Below, one piece after another: positions 12,115 through 25,200 of a stretch of DNA of 38,959 nt. The notes under the pieces are model-generated. The model made no database searches. It was not told the DNA's origin and saw nothing but the letters and a program-made list of their open reading frames with translations. The position numbers and the translations under genes were made by a program. Source of the DNA: Stylophora pistillata (taxonomy: Eukaryota); the NCBI RefSeq assembly GCF_002571385.2, contig NW_019217843.1, positions 587,336 through 626,294 on the forward strand, in the 5' to 3' direction. Each line of letters begins with the position of its first letter. Position 1 is the first letter of the stretch.

Positions 12115-12291
12115 GTAAAGCAATAAGAACACTAATGTGGCCTTGAATTGCTGTAAAATATTGTAGAAGTCCGAGCTTTCGCCGCTCAACGGCATCATCA
12201 GGGACGGATGATGCCGATGAGCGGCGAAAGCTTGGACTTCTACAATATTTTACAGTAATTCAAGGCCACACTAGTGTTTTCATTGCTTTAC
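12115..12291. repeat. Long inverted repeat (85-bp arms, 7-nt spacer); Penelope-like inverted pseudo-LTR
   Basis: 12115-12199 pairs with 12207-12291 with few mismatches. The direct repeat atctattctgtaa occurs at 12106-12118 and 12327-12339. Confidence 0.85.
12169..12205 (-). ncRNA. Minimal type I hammerhead ribozyme motif (Penelope-type)
   Basis: The minus strand reads GUCC-CUGAUGA-U-GCCG-uugag-CGGC-GAAA-GCUC-GGAC. This gives both core boxes, a 4-bp stem II, a 4-bp stem I (GUCC/GGAC), a palindromic AGCU in place of stem III, and a CUC cleavage triplet. Confidence 0.65.
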
Positions 12292-13253
12292 CCAAAATGT
12301 TACTGAAGGACAATATTCAAAGATAGATCTATTCTGTAATTTGTAGATTTTAGTGTTTTTTGACCTTACGACTCCGCGCACGCTTTTAATAGAAAAACAG
12401 CTGACAAATGTAAAAATCCCGCTTTAAGAGCCGTGCACAATAGCGCGAGCAGGGCCAGAAAGAGCCTTACGGCCTCGCGAGCAGGGGGCGAACTGCGAGC
12501 TGAAAGGAGAGAGGAAAATAAGGGGGAGCAATACTCATATGATAAAATTCTTATTGACTTGGTTAGGTCAGGCCGGGCGGGAAAATATTTGGCTCTCTAG
12601 TCATCCCATACGTACCCATATCGCTGCTTGGTGCGCTCGTCGTGTTCTTGAGACCCTGAAATATTTTCCCATTCATCCATTCCACTCAGTCAATAAGTAA
12701 ACTACATTAACCTAGCTGACATTCTTTCAAAACAATCTAAAAATCATGATCAGCACTAAGTCAATATTGCCTTTAAAGGAAATTTACATAACAAACCAGA
12801 TATTTAGGAAAGGTGAATGCCTCGTTTTTCACCTACTTCAGCATTTCATGGAATTGGAATGGTAAATTTTTTCCCTTGATCGACAAAAAGGTTAAAAAAT
12901 CATGGAAATGCTTTTCACACTTTTAACTCACTTCGACACTGAATAGAGGTTATGAGAAAAAAAACACCAGACGGAAAAAGGACTATTGCTTTCGAAATCT
13001 AGATTATAAAGGTCTCGTGGAATTAACTACCTTAGATCGCCGACCTTGTGAAGTATTTTACTCCAGTCAAATATTTCACCGTTCCCAGTCTTCAGGCACA
13101 GACTGAAACGTTAATTTTAATTGATATGGTTACTTTTTGACCAAGGCAAATTCCTAGCTTTACGACTAATGGAAACTAAAACTTCGAGAAACCTCTCCGA
13201 TCATTTTGATTACCATCTATTTCAAACGTGGTCTCACTCAATTGGCCCGTAGT

Positions 13254-16200
13254 CTACCTATACTCGCGAGGATCAAAGTTAAGGATGTTAGCCATGTCTG
13301 AGAAGGCGGCATAACGTGCTCCATCCATGTCACTAGCTAACTGATTGTCAGATCGTAGCAGATGATTTCGACCACCGATTCTCGAGCCACATTCTGGACA
13401 TTTGCCTTCTTCCATTGCCCCTCCACACTCTGTAATGCAGTAGATGTGACCTTAAAGAATAAAAGTATCGCGTTGAGATATCGATCATGACGTAAAAACT
13501 GCAGTCACAAGGGCAACAATCATTTCATTTATAGATCTATTTTTCTCTAAACAGCCATACTCACCCTTTGGACACTTAAACCAGTGTCCCTGCGTTAGCC
13601 CCATGGCTTTAACAATCAGATCTTTCTCTTGTCTTGTCACGGCTTGGTAGAAAACTTTAAGGTTTTGTTCACGTCTGATCCTTTTCATACGATTAAGATA
13701 TCGTTCTCTTTTATCTTTGTCTAAAATTCACATTCAGATATAGGTTAGTAAACACCACCAGCTACTTACTCCAGGCGAAGATCTTTTGAGGAAATTCTCA
13801 TACGCGGACAGCTCCTAACAATTATTGCCACAAGACCAAATCCCATTTTTAACTAATATCGGACAAAATATTTCGGAGAATCTTTTTTCAAATGCAAGTA
13901 GTTTATCTTTCGCTTTCATTAAAAGGAGAAGGTGCTCCTGACTGGACAATACTAATAACATCATATATCATTGTCAGGTAAGGTAAATATCGCAGAACAA
14001 TATTCGCCCCGCGTTAAGGGAATACCGTCTCAGTCGCGGATCCAGAGGAGGGCCCCAGGGCCCCGTCCTCCCCACCCTTATTTTTGGACCAAACTGAGGC
14101 CCGAAGGGCCGAAAAAAAATTTTTGGAGACTGCCCGCCCCACCCATTTTATCTAAGGGTCTGGATGACCGGGGGCCCCCTTATCTCATGGTCTGGATCCG
14201 GCACTGATACAGTTCTACAATCACTATTCAGGTTATTGTCAGAACAATTAAAGTTGCCTTCATGTTATTCCCCAGAAAATTTAAAAAATTCCCGATTGCC
14301 TTTTTGTAAAACCAGCATATCAATCATAAGTTCACTGTGGCAAGATTGGACGTAGTCCTCTACCTATCCTGCACGTATCTCGACAATCATCTGAATACTC
14401 CTACCAAAACATGATATTTTTATCCTAAAAATGAAAAATGTTTTTGTCCTAAAATGAAAAAAATCCTTTTTCTCACCGATTACCGTCTCTGATTTCAGTG
14501 CTTGTTCTATGAAGTCAACCTTAACTCTGTCAGTAACTCTCAAACTGATTCCCCGTCCATCCAGTTGCATTTTCATCACTTTGTAGTCAGCAAGAAGCTC
14601 AGTTCTCAGCATTTCTTCATTGAGTTCCTCCAGTTCCTGATCGCTGAACCGAACTCGGGGTCGAGTGCCCATGACACGTATCCTGAGTTGGTCTATCTTA
14701 CTTTCCAGGTCAACCCTGGTTTCTTGAATCAGAATCAGTGCTTTACTGCCTTTCTGGCTTTCGGTTTCGGCCTCTATTTCCTTTTCTATTTTAGCCTTGA
14801 GCCCCTGAAGGAAATTCAAAAAGCTTATTTGATTCTCATACACATTGACTTGTTCATCTGTCAGACTCTTACAACCCAGGGACTTCGAAATTTTCTTTTG
14901 GTCGTCAGGGAAGCCGCTGATTTTCTCCACCTTGGTTTTCAGCGTTTCAACTGCCAGTTCGCGCTGCCGTTCATTGAGTAAAATTTTCTCTTTTATTTTT
15001 TCAAAGTCGGCAAGAATTGTCTTAACGATGTTCCCATATCGCAAACTGGTACGAATTGGGATCTGGCACCTCGGACAGCGTTTGAGTTGGACATTAGCGG
15101 GCTTTCCATCCTGCCCTACATCGGTTTGGTCCATCCACCGATCCATATTTTTCACTTCAAAGATGTGACCACACTCTGCCAGTTCCACGAATCGTGCGTC
15201 TGGCTCGTCTTCATCGCCGAAAAAGATCTCTGTGACTTCGGCTTTGTGACACTCTCGGCACTTTTTTGGACATGGTTCTCCACAGAGACCAATACAGGGA
15301 TGTCTGCATGGAAGGAGCCTTCTACATGGTTTGTTGCAACGAGGGCGATCACAAAGTTCGCCACATGATTTTGTGCACTTGTAATGCCTGCACCCCCAGT
15401 CACACTTCTCAGTACATCTATCGCAAGGTTCACCACATTTCTTTGTACACTTGCTGTGTTTACAGCTGTTAGCGCACTGTTTCTCGCATGGCGGACAGTT
15501 CCTGGTGCAGGGTTCAGAGCAGCTATGTCCACAAAACTGTGTGCGTCCACACTCTGCCTTACAAGGCCGGTGAACTCGACCGCGTAAACAATCACTGCAG
15601 CTACCTGCAAAACATGTAAAAAATTGGGTAAGTCCGATAGACCAAACCGTTCCCTCTGATATTTTGAGGGAAAGAACAAGTGAAAATTATAAACCGAGAT
15701 TATAGACCAAACATCAATTTGTCCAGTGTAGAAATTGTTCAGAAGTTCAAAAGAAATTTCCATCTTTTCAATGCATTTCTTAATTTGCTGCATTGCTTCA
15801 ATCTCGGCACCAGTCTTCCACTTAACTCTCATTTTTAGCTTCAGTCAGTTAATAACCTCTTCTAGAAAGGAAATATGATGAGACAAATGAAACCCTATTG
15901 CATAAAACTGAAACGATCCAGTGCATAATTCTTTCGTCGTATACTTCATTACAACTTGTTTTATTTTTTTTGGTTCATCTCCTGCAATGGCTGAGATAAC
16001 GTAAAGCAAGAGGACACAAGATCTATTTTAGAGCCCCTCGATGCTATTTTCTGTAGGCACAGCTCTCTTCATCTACAAGAATTAGACTGAAAGAAACTGG
16101 TTCTTACCGCGACAGGGGTGTTCGCAGTTTAGGATCACACCACAAGGTGCCTTACATGGACTGTACAATGGATTTACATGGCATTCAGTGAGATTTTCGT

Positions 16201-19200
16201 GTCCACACGCCCAGATTTTCTTTGTGATAGCGGCACACTTCACGGTACAATTTTCAGAGCACTTATTCGCGCACTTATGGCCACAGCGGGGTAGAATCTT
16301 TGAACAAGGTGACTGGCACAGTGCTTCAGAAGGATCTTTGGAGCAAGGTATTTTCTGGGCGTGACCACAGGGGAGAAGTTTGGAGACAGGTTCCATGCAC
16401 GGCCCACACTCTTGAAAGCATCTCCTGCGACACTTGTGATTCCGACGACAGAGAGTCTTGGCGCATGGCTTTTTACACTGGTACTCCTTGTGCTCTGGGT
16501 CTGTTGGATGACACACCATCTCGCACACGTGACCACATTCGAGTCTTGCCGAGCATGGAACAGTGCAGCCTCCCTCTGGTGCCTTCTTGAAGTCCTCGGC
16601 GCAGGATGCATGTATCACGTTTTGGGGGTGGTTCTGGCACGTGAGTAGCAATGCATCTCCCACACTGTCGCGCTGACGCATGTCGTTAACTATCCTGTTC
16701 CATAATAAACTCTTTGTTTCCAAAAGACTGATGTTACCAATGCAGAAAAACCCTTTCTTTGCCCGAGAGAGCGCCACACAAACTCTGTTTTCTGTCTGCA
16801 GGAAACCGATTTTACCTTCTTCGTTACTTCGAACGAGAGAGAGCAGAATGATGTCGTTTTCTTCTCCTTGGAAGTTATCCACTGCGCAAACTCGAACTCC
16901 ACGGAAAAAATCTTTGGGCATTTCTTTTTTGAGCTGTATTAACTGTCCAGTGTAGGCTGTAAGGACTGTGATCTGCTCTCTTTGGTAGCCTTGAAGAATA
17001 AAATAGCGACAAAGGGCAGCAATGAATTTGGCTTCGTGTTCATTTGATCTGCTCCTTCCCTCCTCCAAGAAATCCTGCGGAAAAGGAAAAGGATAGGCGA
17101 ATGTTAAAGAAAAATGAAAAATCAGTATATCAAACTCCCCCTCCAGCGCTTAATGAACTTTATTCTCCAGAAATAACACGGTGCGATGGACCTACGACAT
17201 GACTCCGGCCTCAGATGAGATATATCCCATCAAATTCATTACAGGGTTTAAATCCTGCGAACCTATGACTTAATTTTTCTGATGAGGCTTAAACAAAGTA
17301 TTAACTTTTTCCCATTTAACTTGCTTCCATTTAAATATTCGTAATAGCGCTGCAACTCCTCTCGATATTTTGAAAAAATTGTTTTCAACATACTTTTTAT
17401 TCTTTTTCCCATGCGCCTTTTCTTTATAAGCGTAACTATTATCCTACCACACCCAACACAGAAAATCGCTCACTTACCTCACTCTGAGCGTGGTCAACAA
17501 AAAACATGTTACGAGCCACTCCCTTGATGTTCTCAAAATTCATCACGGATTCGTGATTCTCCAGTTTTGGATTGTAGTAAATATGCTCCAGCATTTTAGA
17601 AATCTCAGGTCTCATCCGATGTTGTAATCGCAACCGTTCATAGGGCATTCCATTCCTCACCATTCTCTCAAAGAGTGACACTTCCAAATTGTAATCCTTG
17701 GCGAGTTCGTAAACTGTAGGATTGGGTCGGAGCTGCTGATGATCACCAATCAGAATCAAGTGTTGGCATCCGGGAGTTAGTGATGTAACAATGTGTGACT
17801 CCAGTACTTCAGCGGCTTCCTCCACAATCGTTATGCGTGGACGCAATCTTTGCAAAAGTTTGCGAAACTTTGCAGCACCTGAAATACATGATCACACCCT
17901 CTATACATGTGTACATGATATTCACAAAAAAATGAATTCATCTTAACGTCATCTTAGCCTCCTGGTAACTTTTGAAAACTGTTGCAAGTAAACTAAGGCT
18001 TACTCAAAAAGTGCTGGAAACTCCTAGTTGAGGAAGTATAATCAGATTTCCTTGACACAGCCAATGTTGGTTAATACTTAGGAAATGGAAATGCAATAAC
18101 TTCAGTAGATAGCTTTAAACCAATGAGGTTCCATTCGTCACTTGTTACCCTATTCGTGATATGACTTATTACATAAACACCTTTTGTGAATGGCAATAAT
18201 AAGAGTAAAAATCCGCTTCATAGATGCTCAGGTTACCTTCACTGATTCAAAATGGTTGATGTAACTTTGGAAATAAGTCAATGTCCTTGGAAAATTACTA
18301 GTATTGAATAATTTTGATGTTTTTTTCTTTCTTTTCTGGCATTTCCAGTTTTTTTATATAATTCTTTTAAGCTAGTTACAAAATGCTTAGTACCAAAACC
18401 ACAGAAAACCACAGACATCAAGTATTGGACAAAGTCGTTAGCTTCTATCTGAAATTGTTACACAGCTTCTTAAGCACAACTGTGTTTTACTGGATAAATT
18501 ACTGACAAATGACACACAACTTGCCTGTAGTTGTCATGCCCACGACATCAGCGTTCTTGAGTATCTCAAAATCTTCCATATTTCTTACATCCTTCAGTCG
18601 CTTGGCTCCTTCCTCAAATTTCTCTTGAAACATCGAGATAGTTCGAATGTACTCCTCCGCCAGATCCATCAGCCATCGGCGATACAGGCGCCAGCGATCT
18701 TTGAGGCTCAAACTCCAGACATTTCGAACCTGGTTTAATCAACAACAGATATGTTTTTCGATTCAGCCATGTAATTTCTGTATACCACCAACTGCATTCA
18801 AAGTTCTCATCGATTAAGTTAAGTAACAAAATAAGAGCGGGCCAAAGTTGATGTTGCAATTCACCCTCAACTGGCTATAAGAATTTGAAGCTTGACGAAA
18901 TCAATTGAGTGTCGAAGTACCTCGGTATTTAATCGGTTTTGCTTTTCTTTACTCCGTGATTGGTCCAGAAAGTTGCGCTACTCTCTCAACCAAACTGATA
19001 CACAACTAACGCCAATCGCGACTTGATCGCCCCTGTTTTCCCTTGCTTTAGGAGGTTTCCTGTTTTTTAAATTAAGTTTTTTCGTTGGCTGTTCCGGGTA
19101 TTCTTATTTCTCTGATTTACCGTTGTAACTACTTTGGTTTTGGTTTTACGACACTTAATCGGAAAGCGCTCTTATTTTGACCACGTCTTTTCTTGGCCTC

Positions 19201-22200
19201 CGATGAATTTTAACTCATACTGATGGAGAAAGCAAATGCTCACCGCTCTCGCTCTGTCAGGTTGCAAGACATCTTTCTTGCTCAGTTCGATTAACATAGT
19301 CCTCTTTAATTTCTTTTTAAGTTTGTCAGGTTTCTGAATTTGCCATCCACCTTCAGCTCCTTTGCCGAAAGCAAAAGGGTCCACAACTTTCAAACTTCCA
19401 CTTCCCGGCATCACTTTAGAACCGTACACTCTGACGTCATCAGTGTCTAAGACCCTCTGCTCTTGCATGACATCTGCTTCATACAACACATCTGGGTTAT
19501 CATTTTCCTCTTCTTCCTCCTCTTCTTCCTCTGCTTCTGCTCCTGCTCCTGCTCCCACTTAAAGTGGAACAAAAAGGAAAATATACCATTGTTCTTACAA
19601 AAGTGTTTAACGTTACTTTGCAAAAGTTGGCGTTCCGCCACCAAGCTACGCAACTACAAGCAATTCTGAAAGTGAAGAACATGCCAACTTTTCTAGGTAT
19701 TTATCGATACACTTGTAAATGAGAGATATGGTGGTCTGCTGTTTTCGGGCCAGACAGAGGATCGAGGGGCCGGGTATGGCCTTGGAAAGGTCACTATGAT
19801 GTGTTCTTCGGCAAAATAATTGACTCTCCCTGTCCAGTGGTAAAGAAGATCACAAGCGATAGAACAGCATCCCATTCAAGAAGAGTAAGGGTAGTCTTGA
19901 CCTCTATCTAAGGAACCGGAATACGCCTCGGCATAAAAGGCTATTTTGCCCCTGTCGGAAGGTTTGAAGTTTTATCTCCTAGCTCTGATGAACTCAAAAC
20001 AAATCCTACTTACCTTGTGCGACAATTCCACCAATAGCCATAATACTTTCCTTTCCGAGGGATTCTGCAAATATGCGAACATCTGCGACTCTTCCTCTAA
20101 AGCATCGTGCATGTCCAGAGTTTTCTAAGGCTCCAATCCTGATAGAATACTGAGTTGCAAGTTCCTGTTTCCTGCCAAGATACTTAGCTTCCACTTCATT
20201 CCCATCATGCCATAAGTGTGCGATGCCGGTCTCATAATCATAAGATGCTCCAATGAAGTTCCATGAATTCATATTCAACACAGCTTTCGCAAGAGGGGGT
20301 GGATGAGTTATATCTCTCCGCACAAACCGTGCCGTTAGGATTCCTCTCCCATCCATTACGCCTTCTTGACAAATTTGCAGTCCAAGGCCATGCTCGTGAA
20401 AGCTCAAGATTGATCCTCTATTTGCGGTTGGGAACACGTGTAACAGTAGCGTGATTGATGTTCTGGTGTCTAGGTCACTTCCGGGATGGTTTGGAATCAT
20501 AACAAATGAGTTAGGTGCTCCTGAGAGTTGCAAGGAACCAGTCTCATCTGGGGACCACGTGATGTTAGAAAGGATGGCTAAATTAGCTCGAGAAACTAGT
20601 TCCAGTCCAGCGCTTCGCTTGTTGAGCGGGAGCACAGCAACGGGCTGTGCTGCTAGGGAAAGAAAAAATGGAACATATGTTAAAAGCATTCTGAATTTCA
20701 CTGCATCTTTAAAGCTGGTTTTGGCATCTTTCTCTTTAAAATTAACAACTAATATTAATATTCTTTCGATGCTGTCTCATATTTCATACTACTATAAGGC
20801 CAGTAAAATTCACTCCCTGAATCTATTGATGAATCCATTACAATAGTGATTACATAGAGGATTATACGATAAAAGTGATACAGCTTTTTCTAAATGTGGC
20901 TAAGTACAGAAAGTGAAACGGGAGGTACTCTTTCTACAGATGCAAACTTGGAACTCTTGTCAGTGACACATTATAGACAGCAGAGAATCACTCATGTGAC
21001 GAAGTTTGAACATTTTCTTCAGTGCTACTGCTAAATATACTTCAAATACCCACATTGATAACTTAATTAGGTTATCCATCAACCTCCTTAAGGATGCCAG
21101 CACACATTCTGGTAATTCAAACAAGTGCGACAATTTATTGTGGAGGGAAAATGACTAAAAATGTCGTTACCTCCTTGTCCAGGATCTGACGTGTTAATAG
21201 AAAGCTGTAGCCAGTACAACATGGCGCTTTCCTTTTGTCCGCTTCTACCAGCAAAAACTTGCCTCAAAGAATCGTAATGAGCAAGGGTCATGCTGGGGAC
21301 GCGTCGATGCAGGGCGTCTTCGTGGAGCACGTTTTCATAGCATTTCTTCAGATCTTCAGCGGCCCCTTGCAGCTTTGTCGTGGTGTGATCCATTTCTTGA
21401 TGAGCATCATAGTAAGCCCTTCTGATGTGCAAGGGAACTTTCTTATCCTTCCAAGCACACAATTAGCAGAAAAATTCAGAACGTTAGTGGTTCCGTTTCA
21501 TTCTAAAGCAGTAAGGAACTACATTGCATTCAGCAAGTGTCAAGTGAAGTTCTCGAAATTTCCACAGAAATCGTCACCAATTCTGATGATGTATCTCAAG
21601 TGACGTTTGAAACCAGACCCAGAATAATCACAACGACCAAACAGAAAAAAAAGTTAACATGAGAGAATGACAATTCAAAGCAAAAACAAGCAGACCACCA
21701 AAAGCGCAAGGTGTCCAAGTTCGGATTGGTTTTAGTTTTGCCTCTGATTGCTTTAAAGGATGGTATTAGTTTTCTAAACCAATCATAGAGCAAGGTTAAG
21801 CAAAACCAAATCAAACTCAGTTTACTGTCGTTTCTCAATTGAAAATCGCCCTATCATGAGGGGGAGACATTTACGATTTCTTAACACTGCTGTTGAAGCT
21901 GTTGAATTAACAAATCAGCAGAATCTACACACTACAGCCCTATGTTTCACAAAACTGACGAGGGCAAGAAAAACAATCACAAGATTCTGCAATGCATTGG
22001 GTCTTCACCTTGTGATTGCGGTGTTTCAATTCAGACAGACTGCACGCCTTCATAATCTCACTCTGACTTCGATTTCCAATCCGCACAATCCCCTCGGAAT
22101 GAAACTTGTGGATACCTTCTAGAAACTGGTCAAGGGCATGGTTCGTGTAACAGACAATAAGAATTGGGCGACGTTCAGACACCAGCGGGGCAACTTCACG

Positions 22201-25200
22201 TTCGTCATCAAGAAATTCAGTACCAGTGTCCCACTTCAATTTGTTGTGTAACAAAACATTAGCGATCTACGATAAATGAAAAATAAAATTTTTGATCACT
22301 CTCTTCAGAGTTCGACATTATCAGGGTCGACCAAACAGACACTTACAACCTCAACCAAATATGGATTACTCGACTTTTTACCCGGGCTAAGAATTTTCTA
22401 TGAGTCCTCATTGGTTAAAGGTACGGTTTGAAACTAATATAGTTTTAATTGATTGATTGTATTACGACCTAAAGAGTAGGGTCACCAGTTAGAGTTTTTG
22501 TGCTTTAGTTGTTGTTTTTTTGTTGATTTTCTTTTGGCATGTTCAAGTTACCCTCGTCCTTGTAAATCACACACAAGAGCAGTTGCATGACAGCAAAAAA
22601 GGAACGAGGACTTGATAAATGTTCATAAGTATATTCTACCTTCAGCCCAATGTATGTCTTTCCAGTTCCCGGTGGTCCTTGAATAACCGCGAATTCTTTG
22701 GTCAGCGCCATCTGTAAAGCCCTGTACTGAGAATCATCTAGTTCAAGATCTTCCGCGGATGGCCAGGAAGCAAGGTGCAGAAGTGGAACGTTAGTTCCTA
22801 CGATAAAAAATAAAGGTAGTGGAGATAAATTGTGTTTGTTTACCAATGTCAGAGAAACCGTGTTATCTGAATTTTGAATGCAGAGGACGGCATAAAACTG
22901 ATCAAACCTTTTTGTTTGTGCATCAGTACAAAACAGAACACTTACCCCTACGCACGTCATCCCTGACGCTCAAGCCCGCAAGTCGTGTCCTCAGCTCTCT
23001 TAATGAGCTCGTGCTGTAAACAAATCAGATAATCGGTACAGTTTAATTTTTGAAGGAGGGGTCAAATAGCAATTGTGCCAAATACTTTGCTAAAAGTCAG
23101 AGTCTTGCCCTCTACAACGATGTTAAACAATTAACAAGCTTTATCATTATAGGTGACTGCCTTCGCAATTGGCTGTCAAGACTACTAATGCCCATTTAAA
23201 AGATCTTTTACGACAAGTTTTAACCATCAACAATCGATCAAGATGGATGGAAATACCAGACGCACGCATTTCTCATACGGTCTTTAATATGGTCTGTGGA
23301 CCCTCTCAATAAATGGCATTATCCACACTGACATGCATTTCTCCCCTGAAACTTACTATCTCCCCTTCACACCCACCACCAGTCCCAATTCAGTCCATTC
23401 GTTGGACCTCCTAAACAATGTAACCAACTTATTTTCCAATCTAAAATAGCACCTTCCATTGCTGCTACTCGTGTTTCCTTTCCTCATAATCGGCGTCAGA
23501 TCAAATGTCACTCGTCCTCTCAACCTGTTCCTCAGGTAAGCCGGTGCTTCAACATGTTTCTGACAACTAACGATGTATCTCTGGGTTAAAGCAAAGGAAA
23601 GAGCCAGTTTTATTGGCGCCTTTACGAAAAGTACAACGAAGAATTGAGATTGTGAAGCAGCACGTTTCTATTCAATTCATTAAAAGCATTTTTCAGCATA
23701 GAGCTGTGATGACATGGCTTAAGTACGAGAGGGATAGTCGGTGAAGGCAGCAACATCACAGGACTTGGGTCAGATCGCGAATGGTTTATAGAATGGTGGT
23801 GCTTAACCAATTAAAAGTTACTACGACACTTTTTTAAACTCTACTGCAGCTATTTATGCACATTATCTGACTTGATGAAGCATTTATAGGCTAGCCGAGT
23901 GTTTAAACTGAAATGGAAATCTCCCGATAAAAAGTTGTATTATTTAGCTTTATGTGAATCCCAAATATTCTTAGAGTCTTTGATGAACGACAGAAGACAA
24001 GAATTCCCAAAGGATGAGAAAAATATTTTGAAAAACTAGAGAACGATTTATGAAAATTTCGATTTATGACAGTCCTTCTTATCATTCAAACATTTTTTCT
24101 TTCCTCATCGTGTTTGACTTACAAATCCTGAACGACAGCGTAAGAAACCACCGTTAAAACGAAAAAGAAAAAAAAAAAAAAAGAAAAAAAGAAAACAACG
24201 ACACAAAAATAAAACGAAAATACTCTGAAAAAGATATTTCTCGGTTGATCATACGTTACCTGTAAGGGAAGTTTGTGTGGCTCAACTTCTTTCAACCCCT
24301 CAAGGATGTGACGATACGCTTCAAAGTAAACGGTGCTCTCTACCATTTGATACACTTCACCCCCTTCAATTCTCACATTATCAGATAGTTTGATGAATTG
24401 AATGTCCACTAACCCCTACAGAAAAAAAAAAAGCAGTTACCACTGGATGACAGTTTAAAGAGTTTTGAGAGACTTCGATGGGAGAACCAGTCGGATTTGA
24501 TATACTACGATAGGTAATGATGAGGGAAGCATAATGAGCCGTACAGTTACCTGTTTTAAATCTTTGACATCGCGATTGGCCACAGTTGCAAACACAAAAC
24601 TGCCAAACTTATCTTTAGAAAGACACATCAGTGAGCCAAAGATAAGCCGCTTGCTGTTTTCCCAACGTACATTCCTCAAATTCATGTTGTCAAACTTTAC
24701 TTTGTACTGGAGTCCGTTGGACGTACACAAGGGGTACAGCAACCGGACGTCTTTATACACCCGTATGTCCTGTAGTGCACCAATCTTAGCGGAGCCAATA
24801 CGTTCTAATAACTTGGCAATCCCTTCACGAAGGGGCCTCACGAAATCTTCGCGGAGGAGCCGAAACTGCACGTCTAAATAATGTTCTGCATTATGATAGC
24901 TCCCGTCAACTTTGTTCCTTCTGAGGAAGGGTCTTTCTCCGGTCAAAATGTCTTCCTGAGTCGGAATAACACTGAGATCTCGGAAATCATTGGGGGGGTT
25001 TAATTCATCATTCTCACCGGCTGACAATTTAAAAAAATCAGTTACAATCAGCATAAGGAATATTTTTCTCTTAACCGAATAGGATTACGCATCTCTCACC
25101 ATTTCGTTGTAATCTTCCTCTGCCTGGTCTCCTCTCGTCTTCTTTTCTTTTCAGTTCGGAAGCCTTCTCTGTTTTTAATTTCATTAGTTCACCCGCTTCC

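Noticed and set aside
14502-16955. Plus-strand ORFs and alternative-frame minus ORFs such as 15152-15832
   Set aside because: They are shadow frames of the ZNFX1 zinc-finger exons; the true frame is the Cys-rich one starting at 15604.
17279-17300. ctgatgaggctt as a possible hammerhead core
   Set aside because: There is no closing stem II and no GAAA box downstream.
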